Source of the DNA: Victivallales bacterium
GTDB taxonomy: Bacteria > Verrucomicrobiota > Lentisphaeria > Victivallales > UBA1829
DNA: 64,000 nt
Direction: 5' to 3'
Assembly (NCBI GenBank): GCA_045589595.1
Contig: JAZNPK010000011.1
Span: 341-64,340 of the forward strand
Shown here: piece after piece, positions 56,490 to 64,000 of the stretch
Position numbering within the stretch: the stretch's first letter is position 1
Layout of the letters: every line of letters begins with the position of its first letter
The notes under the pieces: model-generated
The model's database searches: none
What the model saw: only the letters and a program-made list of their open reading frames with translations
Told to the model about the DNA's origin: nothing
Program-made: the position numbers and the translations under genes

Positions 56490-58001
56490 ATGAAAATCAT
56501 CAGAAAGATCATTACGACCCTTCTGCTGCTGGGCATCCTCGGCGCAGGCGGCTGGTACGGATACCGTTACTGGCAGCAGAAACGGGCGAACCTGCAGGAA
56601 AAAAGTGAAAAATCCCCGGATAAACTTTTCACGGTGAAACGGGGCGATCTCTCCATCGGGATCCTTCTTTCCGGCAGCGTCAATACCAAAGTCAAACACA
56701 AACTGGCGCTTGAAGTCCCCATGTCCACCAAACTGGTGGCTGTGGTGGATGAAAACGCCAAAGTCACCAAGGGGGAGATCGTTGCCCGTTTTGAAACGGA
56801 ATCCCTCCAGACCACCATTGACGATTTGAAGATCAGCATTGCCGACGGAGAAAAAAATCTCCAGCTTGCCAGAGAGGAACTCGCCATTCTGGAAAGTGCC
56901 AATGCCGCCGACCTCAAAACCGCCAAAGACAATCTGGATGACGCCATTTCCGCGTACAACAAGTACCGGAAACTGGAAGGACCCAAAAACAAAAACCAGC
57001 AGGACCAGAGTGTGTCCGATGCCTATCAGAAACTGCAGGATGCGGAAACAGCGTATCAGACCGCTTATGACGCCTACTACAATCCTTCCGATGTGGCAAA
57101 GGATGAAGCCGAGGAGGAATCCCGGAAGAAAACATACGAATCTGCACTCAAGAGCCGGAAAAGCGCCCGGATCACCTATCAGAACGCCATTCTTGACCGG
57201 AAGATCTTCAAGCGTTATACCCAGCCGAACAACTACAAGACCGCCCTTGACAAAGTGCAGCGTCTGGAACTGACTCTGAAAAAAGAGATCGTCCGCACGC
57301 AGTCCAGTCACGCCCAGAAGGTGTCCGCGGTGAAAAATGCGGAGATCAACCTGCGGAAGAAAGAGCGCGATCTGGAACAGAAACTTTATTTCATGTCCCG
57401 GATGCAGCTCGTTGCGCCGGTGGATGGTTTTGTGACATACGGGGACCCGGAACGTACCCGCTGGGGTAAAATCGACGTCAAGATCGGTATGGATGTGCAT
57501 CGCCGTCAGACGCTTGCCACGATCCCGGATATGAGCCGGATGGTGATCGATGTGGATATTCCCGAACAGTACCGGTCGAAAGTCCGTACCGGTGCGTCTG
57601 TGATCATTACGCCGGACTCTGTTCAGAATGTGAAGATCCACGGCTGCCTCACTCATATTGCCCCGCTGCCGATCCTGTTGATCCCCTGGGACCCGAAGAG
57701 TGCCAAAGTGTACAAGTCCACTGTGGATTTTTCCAGCGACGATCCGCGTATTGTCAGCGGTATCAGCGTGAAGGCGGATATTATTTCCCAGACGCTGAAC
57801 AATGTGCTTTTCATTCCGGTGGAAGCCGTGTTTGAAAAAGGCGGTCAGTTCTATGTTTACCGCGACAACGGATCCGATCCGGAAGAAGTGGTTGTGGAGA
57901 TCGGGCTTGCCAACGATATGTATGTAGAGATCAAGAACGGGCTCAACGAAGGGGATGTTGTCTATCTTTACCGCCCCTTCCAACAGGATAAGACCGAATA
58001 A
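56490..58001 (+). CDS. Membrane-fusion / periplasmic adaptor protein (HlyD/MacA-like, long coiled-coil hairpin)
   Basis: 503 aa. N-terminal TM anchor, lipoyl-like halves (KVTKGEIVARF...) flanking a coiled coil of about 200 aa, then a C-terminal beta-barrel. Confidence 0.85.
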   Translation: MKIIRKIITTLLLLGILGAGGWYGYRYWQQKRANLQEKSEKSPDKLFTVKRGDLSIGILLSGSVNTKVKHKLALEVPMSTKLVAVVDENAKVTKGEIVARFETESLQTTIDDLKISIADGEKNLQLAREELAILESANAADLKTAKDNLDDAISAYNKYRKLEGPKNKNQQDQSVSDAYQKLQDAETAYQTAYDAYYNPSDVAKDEAEEESRKKTYESALKSRKSARITYQNAILDRKIFKRYTQPNNYKTALDKVQRLELTLKKEIVRTQSSHAQKVSAVKNAEINLRKKERDLEQKLYFMSRMQLVAPVDGFVTYGDPERTRWGKIDVKIGMDVHRRQTLATIPDMSRMVIDVDIPEQYRSKVRTGASVIITPDSVQNVKIHGCLTHIAPLPILLIPWDPKSAKVYKSTVDFSSDDPRIVSGISVKADIISQTLNNVLFIPVEAVFEKGGQFYVYRDNGSDPEEVVVEIGLANDMYVEIKNGLNEGDVVYLYRPFQQDKTE

Positions 58002-58005
58002 GATC

Positions 58006-58734
58006 ATGAGCGGTACACCCTATGCATTGAAAATGGACGGTCTGATCAAGACCTATTACACCGGTTCTGTCAGTGTTCCGGTGCTGAAAGGGATCGATCT
58101 GCAGGTGCCGCGGGGGGAATTCCTCGGCATTATGGGATCTTCCGGATCCGGTAAGTCCACCATGCTGAATATTCTCGGTCTGTTGGACAAACCCACCGGC
58201 GGCAGTTACATTCTGGATGGCTACCGCGTGGAAACGCTGGACGATGCCACGCTGACGGATCTGCGTAATACCCGGATCGGTTTTATTTTTCAGGCGTTCA
58301 ATTTGTTTCCTCATCTTACGGTGCAGGAAAATATTGAAGTGCCAATGGTTTATGCAGGCGTTTCCAAACGGATCCGCCGGAAGATCGCAGTGGAAAATGC
58401 CACCCGCGTGAAACTGGCGCACCGCCTTGATCACAAACCCACCCAGTTGTCCGGCGGTGAAATGCAGCGTGTTGCCATTGCAAGATCTCTGGTGAACAGC
58501 CCCACATTTCTGCTGGCGGACGAACCGACGGGGAACCTGGACGAAAAAACCGGTGACGAGATCATGGAACTGTTCCACGAACTCCACCGTCAGGGTGTGA
58601 CGATCGTGATGGTCACGCACAACCCGACGTATGAATTTCATTATGACCGCGTGGTCTATCTCCGGAACGGACAAGTCGGTAAAGTCATTGATGTCAAGAA
58701 CGGCAAGACCACGGAATATGAGGTGAAACTGTGA
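58006..58734 (+). CDS. ABC transporter ATP-binding protein (MacB/LolD type)
   Basis: Start at ATG 58006. Walker A GSSGSGKST, signature LSGGEMQRVAIARSL and Walker B LLADEPTGNLD. Confidence 0.92.
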   Translation: MSGTPYALKMDGLIKTYYTGSVSVPVLKGIDLQVPRGEFLGIMGSSGSGKSTMLNILGLLDKPTGGSYILDGYRVETLDDATLTDLRNTRIGFIFQAFNLFPHLTVQENIEVPMVYAGVSKRIRRKIAVENATRVKLAHRLDHKPTQLSGGEMQRVAIARSLVNSPTFLLADEPTGNLDEKTGDEIMELFHELHRQGVTIVMVTHNPTYEFHYDRVVYLRNGQVGKVIDVKNGKTTEYEVKL

Positions 58735-59996
58735 GATTTTCAGATCAGCTTCAGCTTTCCTTTCATAACCTGATGCTTCACAAGATCCGGTCCATCCTCA
58801 CTTCGCTGGGGATCATTTTCGGGGTGGGCAGCGTGATCGCCATGCTTTCCATTTCCGAGGGCGCGAAGGAACAGGCGCTTGCCACCATTGAAGAAATGGG
58901 GATCGACAAGATCATTATCTCCTCCCGCAAGCCGCCTATGGAAGGTAAAGATACATCCAACTCCTCCACCACGACCCAGACATACGGATTGACCAAGTCG
59001 GATCTGGAGCATATCCGTGAAATGGATAACGTGAAAAAAGTCACGGTGGCGCGGAACACCCGCCAGAGAGTCGTCAAAGGCGTTACCATGCTGGAGTTGT
59101 CACTGGTCGGTGTGGACTATGATTTTCTGGAAGAAAGCAATTCCAATGTGATCCAGGGGCGATGGCTCAGCCACACGGATTATGCCATGACCACCGCCAA
59201 CTGTGTGGTGGGACGCAATGTGAAACGGAAACTGTTCAATCTGGGCGACCGCGAAATCGTCGGTGCGCAGCTGCGGATCGAAGACCATGTGTACAATGTG
59301 GTGGGGATCGCAGAAAACAATCACGGCACCAACATCAAAGGCGTCGGCAGACCGGATGATATGATCATGATCCCCATTACCACGGCGTTTGCAAAATACG
59401 GCAACCGCGCCACCACGGTCTCCACAGGGTCCCTTCAGGTGGAGGAAGTGGAATATGACACCTTCATCGTGACGGTGCAGGATACATTTTACATCGATTA
59501 TACCAGCAAACGCATCTCCGCATATCTGGATAAAGTCCACGGGGAACAGCGTGACTGGGAAAAAGTCGTTCCCTTCGATCTGCTTCTCCAGAAGGAAAAG
59601 ACCCAGAACATCTTTACCATCGTTATGGCGTCCATTGCCGGTATTTCTCTGCTGGTCGGCGGGATCGGTATTATGAACATCATGCTCGCCAACGTTTATG
59701 AACGGCGGAAAGAGATCGGTACACGCCGCGCACTCGGCGCACAGAAAAAGGACATCATCACTCAGTTCCTGCTGGAAACGATCTTCCTGACGTTTATGGG
59801 CGGTGCCATGGGGGTCGGGATCGGTGTCGGTATTGCCGCGATGGTGGCGAAATATGCAGCAATGCCCGTTTCATTCTCGCCGTGGTTTATTATGCTGGCG
59901 TTGGTGATCTCTGCCGCGATCGGTATTCTGTTCGGTACTTATCCTGCGTGGAAAGCCGCTCAGCAGAATCCCATTGACGTACTCCGGGCGGAGTGA
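58731..59996 (+). CDS. ABC transporter permease, MacB/FtsX family
   Basis: 421 aa. N-terminal TM, large periplasmic domain and a C-terminal FtsX three-TM bundle. The GTG start overlaps the ATPase stop (GTGA). Confidence 0.9.
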   Translation: MRFSDQLQLSFHNLMLHKIRSILTSLGIIFGVGSVIAMLSISEGAKEQALATIEEMGIDKIIISSRKPPMEGKDTSNSSTTTQTYGLTKSDLEHIREMDNVKKVTVARNTRQRVVKGVTMLELSLVGVDYDFLEESNSNVIQGRWLSHTDYAMTTANCVVGRNVKRKLFNLGDREIVGAQLRIEDHVYNVVGIAENNHGTNIKGVGRPDDMIMIPITTAFAKYGNRATTVSTGSLQVEEVEYDTFIVTVQDTFYIDYTSKRISAYLDKVHGEQRDWEKVVPFDLLLQKEKTQNIFTIVMASIAGISLLVGGIGIMNIMLANVYERRKEIGTRRALGAQKKDIITQFLLETIFLTFMGGAMGVGIGVGIAAMVAKYAAMPVSFSPWFIMLALVISAAIGILFGTYPAWKAAQQNPIDVLRAE

Positions 59997-59999
59997 TTC

Positions 60000-61148
60000 T
60001 TATTTCGTTTCTTCTGCCGGAACGGTGATCTCAAGCCAGTCGCCTTCGGACCAGAAGGAGATTTTTTCCGGTGATGCCGGATCCCGGTAATACATCAGCA
60101 GCCGCAGATCGGGAAATTCTTTTTTCATCGCCTGATAAAACGCGGTGTCGTGTCCGCGTACAAAAAATGCGGTGGAAAGAGCGTCAGCATCCACTGCCCG
60201 TTTTGTGATCACGGTCACGGAAAGGACGCCGGATACAGGCATCCCGGTGGCGGGATCCACGATGTGGGCGTATTGTTTGCCGTCAATGGTCACATACCGT
60301 TCATAATTTCCGCTGGTGGATATGCTTTCCCCGAGGATCTTTGCCGTTGCGCAATGGTTGAGGGAACGGGGCGCAACAGGATTCCGCACGGCTGCGATAT
60401 ATGCCTCCTGTTTCGGCGGAGCCTCATCCAGTGCGATCACATTGCCGCCCACATCCACGAAGCCCCGGTTCAGCGGGGAAAGACGGTTGTTGAAACGCGC
60501 TTCCAGATATTTCATCCAGGAGACATCTCCGGAAAGTTCGGTGCCGACAGCCGTTTTATCGCGCAGTTTTTCCGCCGCCAGATCCAATGCCGCGCCTTTG
60601 GCAATGCCGCCGAGATCGATCGACATCCCTTCCACTGTGAAACGGACGGTCTTTGCCTGATCGTCAAAAATGATTTTATCCATCCCGACTTTCTTTTTTG
60701 CTTCGGCGATCGCTTCGGCAGTGGGCAGTTTTTTCTCTTTGCGGTGGAAACCCCAGAGTTTCATCAGCGGCTCGATGGTCACATCGAATGCGCCGTTGGA
60801 GAGCAGATACATCCGTCTGGCATCATTCAGCAGACCCCAGAGTTCATCAGAACAGCGGAAGGGTTCTTTGTATGCGGTGCTGTTCAATTTTGCCAGTTCG
60901 CTTTCCGGATCAAAACGGTTGCAGCGCATATTGACTTCCCGGAAGGCGGACTGAACAAGGTTTGCCGCCGGAGCAAGTGCGTTGGTATCCCGGACATAAA
61001 AACGGAATTTGACAAAGGTGGACATGCTTGCAAAACTCATATCCTGCCAGTAGATCTTTTTTTCGGAGAGGACCATGTGGGCGATCAGCAGACCGACCAG
61101 CGCGAATGCCAATACACGGAAAATACGTTTGAGAATACTTTTTGTCAT
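60000..61148 (-). CDS. apbE: FAD:protein FMN transferase (ApbE family)
   Basis: 382 aa. N-terminal anchor plus the SIDLGGIAKGAALD motif. Confidence 0.88.
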   Translation of the reverse strand: MTKSILKRIFRVLAFALVGLLIAHMVLSEKKIYWQDMSFASMSTFVKFRFYVRDTNALAPAANLVQSAFREVNMRCNRFDPESELAKLNSTAYKEPFRCSDELWGLLNDARRMYLLSNGAFDVTIEPLMKLWGFHRKEKKLPTAEAIAEAKKKVGMDKIIFDDQAKTVRFTVEGMSIDLGGIAKGAALDLAAEKLRDKTAVGTELSGDVSWMKYLEARFNNRLSPLNRGFVDVGGNVIALDEAPPKQEAYIAAVRNPVAPRSLNHCATAKILGESISTSGNYERYVTIDGKQYAHIVDPATGMPVSGVLSVTVITKRAVDADALSTAFFVRGHDTAFYQAMKKEFPDLRLLMYYRDPASPEKISFWSEGDWLEITVPAEETK

Positions 61149-61165
61149 GTTCAGTTCCTTGATGT

Positions 61166-62059
61166 TCAGGCGCGTGGATGAAATGTTTTGTGGACCGTCA
61201 TCAGACGCCGTTTGTCCACATGTGTATAGATTTGGGTCGTACTGATATCCGCATGTCCCAGCATTTCCTGGATCACACGGAGATCCGCCCCGTTTTCCAG
61301 CAGATGACTGGCAAATGAATGGCGCAATGTGTGGGGATGGATGTTCTTCCGGATGCCTGCGATCCGGGCTGCTTCCTTCACCACCTGCCAGATCCGTTCA
61401 CGGTCAAGCTGTTCTCCCCGGTACGAAAGAAACAGATAAGGCGATTCCTTCGTTTTCAGGAGCATCGGGCGTGCTTTGTCAAGATAAAGACGCAGGATCG
61501 ACAATGCCGTTCTGCCCACGGGGACCAGCCGTTCCTTGTCGCCTTTGCCGATCACCCGGACAAGTGCCTCGTCGAACCGGATCGCTCCGTTCTGGAGCGT
61601 GGCACATTCCGAAACGCGCAATCCGCTCGCGTAAAGCAGTTCCAGAATACACCGGTTCCGCAATGTCAGCGGTTCTTTGCTGTTTTTCGGATACGCGTTC
61701 AGGAGGGCGTCCACCTCGGCAGAAGAAAGAAAATCCGGCAGGATCCGCCACAGTTTGGGCGAAGACATGACATCCGTAATATCGGCGGGGATCATCCGTT
61801 CCTGAAAAAGATATTGGAAAAATGCCTTGATCGCCACCAGACGGCGGGCAATACTCGCACCTTCCAGACCGTTGTCTTTGCACCGGTCCAGATAATCCAT
61901 GATCAGATCACGGGTCACGCCGTCATAAGACGCAATACCGCCGGTACGCAGAAAGGAAACGAAATCAACGAGATCGGAACGATAAGCCAGAACGGTGTTT
62001 TCACTGCAGCCGCGTTCAATGGAAAGAAATCCGGTAAAGTGGGATATAACGCGTTCCAT
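61166..62059 (-). CDS. Tyrosine recombinase, XerC/XerD family
   Basis: Start at ATG 62059, 297 aa. N-terminal SAM-like domain (FLSIERGCSENTVLAYRSDL) and catalytic HTLRHSFASHLLENGADLRVIQEMLGHADISTTQIYTHV. The track ORF extension runs into the tRNA. Confidence 0.88.
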   Translation of the reverse strand: MERVISHFTGFLSIERGCSENTVLAYRSDLVDFVSFLRTGGIASYDGVTRDLIMDYLDRCKDNGLEGASIARRLVAIKAFFQYLFQERMIPADITDVMSSPKLWRILPDFLSSAEVDALLNAYPKNSKEPLTLRNRCILELLYASGLRVSECATLQNGAIRFDEALVRVIGKGDKERLVPVGRTALSILRLYLDKARPMLLKTKESPYLFLSYRGEQLDRERIWQVVKEAARIAGIRKNIHPHTLRHSFASHLLENGADLRVIQEMLGHADISTTQIYTHVDKRRLMTVHKTFHPRA

Positions 62060-62097
62060 AAACTCCCTCGGGATGCGGTCGCCGCTTTGAAAAAAAG

Positions 62098-62174
62098 TGG
62101 CGGGAGCGACGGGACTCGAACCCGCAACATCCACCGTGACAGGGTGGCACTCTAACCAATTGAGCTACGCCCCC
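62098..62174 (-). tRNA. tRNA-Asp (anticodon GTC), CCA encoded
   Basis: Folded by hand. Acceptor GGGGGCG/CGCTCCC, D arm GCTC-AATTGGTTA-GAGT, anticodon arm CCACC-CTGTCAC-GGTGG, T arm GCGGG-TTCGAGT-CCCGT, discriminator G, then CCA. 77 nt. Confidence 0.92.
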
Positions 62175-62192
62175 GCATCTTGCATGAGACCT

Positions 62193-62220
62193 AATATATA
62201 CCGGATTGGCAGTTTTGCAA
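62193..62220 (-). promoter_or_regulatory. Candidate promoter of tRNA-Asp
   Basis: Minus strand reads TTGCAA (62220-62215), 16 nt, TATATT (62198-62193), about 19 nt upstream of the mature 5' end. Confidence 0.5.
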
Positions 62221-62321
62221 GTCACTTTTTCAACTTTTTTACGATTTTTTTGATTTTTTGTTCGCCAAGTCACGGTTTTTGTGGTACTTTAACGGATCAA
62301 TACAGAGAAGGAGCTGAAAAA

Positions 62322-63092
62322 ATGAACGAAATACAACATCTCTACGAGGTGATGAAAAAATTACGCAGTCCCGAAGGATGCCCCTGGGACCGGGAACAGA
62401 CGCATCAGACGCTTACCGATTGCCTTATGGGTGAGGCTGCCGAATATCTGGACGCCGTGGAAGATCAGGACGATCACGCCATGCAGGAGGAACTGGGCGA
62501 TCTTCTGATGCAGATCGTTCTCAACGCCGTCATTGCGGAGGAACGGGGGAAATTCACATTCCGGCAGGTCGTTCAGGACATTACGGAAAAAATGATCCGC
62601 CGTCACCCTCACGTGTTCGGGGATGCCAGTGTCGAAAATGCCGGACAGGTCGTCAAACTCTGGGAACAGATCAAGAAAAAAGAAAAATCCGACCGGAAAT
62701 CTCTGTTGGACGGCGTGCCGCGGCATATTGCACTCCAGCAGGCTGAAAAACTGCAGAAGAAAGCCGCAAAAGTGGGGTTCGACTGGAAAAATCAGGCTGA
62801 TATTCTCGACAAGATCCAGGAAGAACTGGACGAACTCAAAGCCGCCGCCGCCAGTGGAAATGACGCTCATATCCGGGAGGAAGCCGGGGATCTTCTCTTT
62901 GCCGCCGTCAACTTCATCCGTTTTCGGAACGAACACGCGGAAGATGTTCTGGCGCAGGCGAATCATAAATTCAAAGCCAGATTTCAGGCGGTCGAACGCA
63001 TCATCACCGGTCAGGACCGGGAAATGAAAGATGCCACCCCGGAGGAAATGGATCAGCTCTGGAATCAGGCGAAAGCCGATGGCATAAAGTGA
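62322..63092 (+). CDS. mazG: Nucleoside triphosphate pyrophosphohydrolase MazG
   Basis: Start at ATG 62322 (SD GAAGGAG). LRSPEGCPWDREQTHQTL and EELGDLLMQ are MazG motifs. The track start at 62097 reads through the tRNA on the opposite strand. Confidence 0.9.
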   Translation: MNEIQHLYEVMKKLRSPEGCPWDREQTHQTLTDCLMGEAAEYLDAVEDQDDHAMQEELGDLLMQIVLNAVIAEERGKFTFRQVVQDITEKMIRRHPHVFGDASVENAGQVVKLWEQIKKKEKSDRKSLLDGVPRHIALQQAEKLQKKAAKVGFDWKNQADILDKIQEELDELKAAAASGNDAHIREEAGDLLFAAVNFIRFRNEHAEDVLAQANHKFKARFQAVERIITGQDREMKDATPEEMDQLWNQAKADGIK

Positions 63093-63095
63093 TGT

Positions 63096-63788
63096 TTATT
63101 CTGCCGGCGTTTTGGCGCTGTGCATGACCTTCCGGTGTATGAAAATGTAGATCCCGACAGCTGCTGCAAGACCGAGCAGGATCCAGATAAAGTGTTCATG
63201 CAGAACATCTTTGCCCTTCCGGACCATTTCCAGATAACTCATGTCTCCCGCACTGTGTCCGAAAAAACAGCCGATCCCGGTCAGGATCGCACTCCAGATG
63301 CCCGCACCGAGCGCAGTGAAGAAACTGAACCGTCTGATGTTCATCCGCGACAAACCCGCCGGAATGGAGATCAGCTGCCGGATCGCAGGCAGAAGACGGC
63401 ACACAAACGTTACGATATCGCCGTACTGACGGAAAATTTCCTCCGCCCGTTCCAGTGACGGTTTGGAGAGAAAGAAATATTTGCCGTAACGGTACAGAAA
63501 GGGGCGTCCCAGCCACGCCGAAAGATAGTAATTGACATACGCCCCGATCATGGACCCCGCAAGACCGCAAGCCACAACAATCAGAAAATCTGCAATGTGA
63601 TTTCCGGTGGGCAGCGCGTAACGGTACAGCAGAAAACCCGCCGGGATCATGACAACTTCGCTGGGAAACGGGATGAAGGAACTTTCGATCGCCATGAAGA
63701 TCACGACAAAAAGCAGGATCAGCAGCGGCGCGGATCCGGCATACTGGGCAAAAGATTCAATGTGGGCGGCGATGGTTTCAACGGACAT
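63096..63788 (-). CDS. DedA-family membrane protein
   Basis: 230 aa. SFIPFPSEVVMIPAGF and a multi-TM profile. SD AAAGGAA upstream. Confidence 0.88.
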   Translation of the reverse strand: MSVETIAAHIESFAQYAGSAPLLILLFVVIFMAIESSFIPFPSEVVMIPAGFLLYRYALPTGNHIADFLIVVACGLAGSMIGAYVNYYLSAWLGRPFLYRYGKYFFLSKPSLERAEEIFRQYGDIVTFVCRLLPAIRQLISIPAGLSRMNIRRFSFFTALGAGIWSAILTGIGCFFGHSAGDMSYLEMVRKGKDVLHEHFIWILLGLAAAVGIYIFIHRKVMHSAKTPAE

Positions 63789-63961
63789 CTCATATTCCTT
63801 TCGTCTGACTGGAAATTTTTATACTTTAGCATGAAATCGGGACTTTTCAAATTTTATTCCTGACTTTTTTCCTTTTCCCCGCTTGACTTTTCCGGTATGC
63901 TGATTTAACTTACACAGTCAACAGAAATTTATTATAATAGAAACAAATAAGGAGTCAGGTA

Positions 63962-64000
63962 ATGGCACAGCAGCACATCAATATCCCCCCCGAAAATCAT
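63962..64000 (+). CDS. 5' end of an unidentified CDS (runs off the window)
   Basis: SD AAGGAG lies 7 nt upstream of ATG 63962. Only MAQQHINIPPENH is visible. Confidence 0.4.
   Translation, partial: MAQQHINIPPENH

Noticed and set aside
61166-62174. Tyrosine recombinase 38 nt from the 3' end of tRNA-Asp, the classic integrase/attachment-site arrangement of a genomic island
   Set aside because: The protein has the size (297 aa) and N- and C-terminal motifs of housekeeping XerC/XerD. The downstream DNA (apbE, ABC operon) has host-like composition. I found no second copy of the tRNA 3' segment in the window. A check of the wider genome would be needed to exclude it fully.
1-64000. Looked for CRISPR arrays, rRNA, tmRNA, RNase P RNA, SRP RNA, reverse transcriptases and cas genes
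   Set aside because: No regularly spaced direct repeats were seen. None of the conserved core sequences I know for these RNAs appear in any intergenic gap over 150 nt. The only RNA gene I can support is tRNA-Asp.

Overview
The window is a densely coded, mostly plus-strand chromosomal segment. The organism is probably a PVC-group bacterium, Lentisphaerota/Victivallales-like. I infer that only from a prepilin-type H-X9-DG protein and the type IV pilus / type II secretion gene content.

**Accessory region (1-6500).** About 4.6 kb of AT-rich DNA carries hipB-hipA, a secreted NucA/EndoG-type nuclease and a large serine recombinase (LSR). This DNA ends exactly where a minus-strand prepilin-type gene is cut off after its FTLVEMLT leader (stub at 4596-4664). 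A second, paralogous LSR is transcribed divergently on the other side of the stub.

**Core genes, in order:**
- an intact H-X9-DG prepilin-type gene
- a hairpin-dense convergent intergenic region with an 84-nt inverted repeat
- a heptosyltransferase / metallophosphoesterase operon
- a pilus/secretion motor operon (two tandem PilB/GspE ATPases, PilT, PilC/GspF) running into manC-coaX-trpF
- an alpha/beta hydrolase and nfo
- fabD-fabG-acpP-fabF
- a LysM lipoprotein
- the conserved phoH / 7TM-HD / ybeY / corC-like / DUF502 / xseA block
- a BNR-sialidase-like / NanA-like / LacI / PIG-L sugar locus
- lexA
- a glutaredoxin-like gene plus a zinc-ribbon Ser/Thr kinase
- a PfkB kinase plus a Cas4-like Cys-cluster protein
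- a five-gene translationally coupled operon with three uncharacterised secreted proteins
- clpB (with a sigma-54-type promoter match), grpE-dnaJ, smpB and a MATE transporter
- a four-gene secretin / membrane-fusion adaptor / MacB-type ABC operon
- apbE, a Xer-type recombinase, tRNA-Asp(GTC), mazG and dedA

No rRNA or CRISPR array was seen.

**Most interesting leads:**
1. The serine-recombinase island appears inserted into the conserved leader-coding segment of a prepilin-type gene.
2. A secretin is encoded where a TolC-like duct would be expected in a MacAB-type operon.
3. A promoter-to-terminator leader of about 240 nt sits directly upstream of the island's nuclease gene.

All functional calls rest on motif recognition by eye. 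No database search was run.
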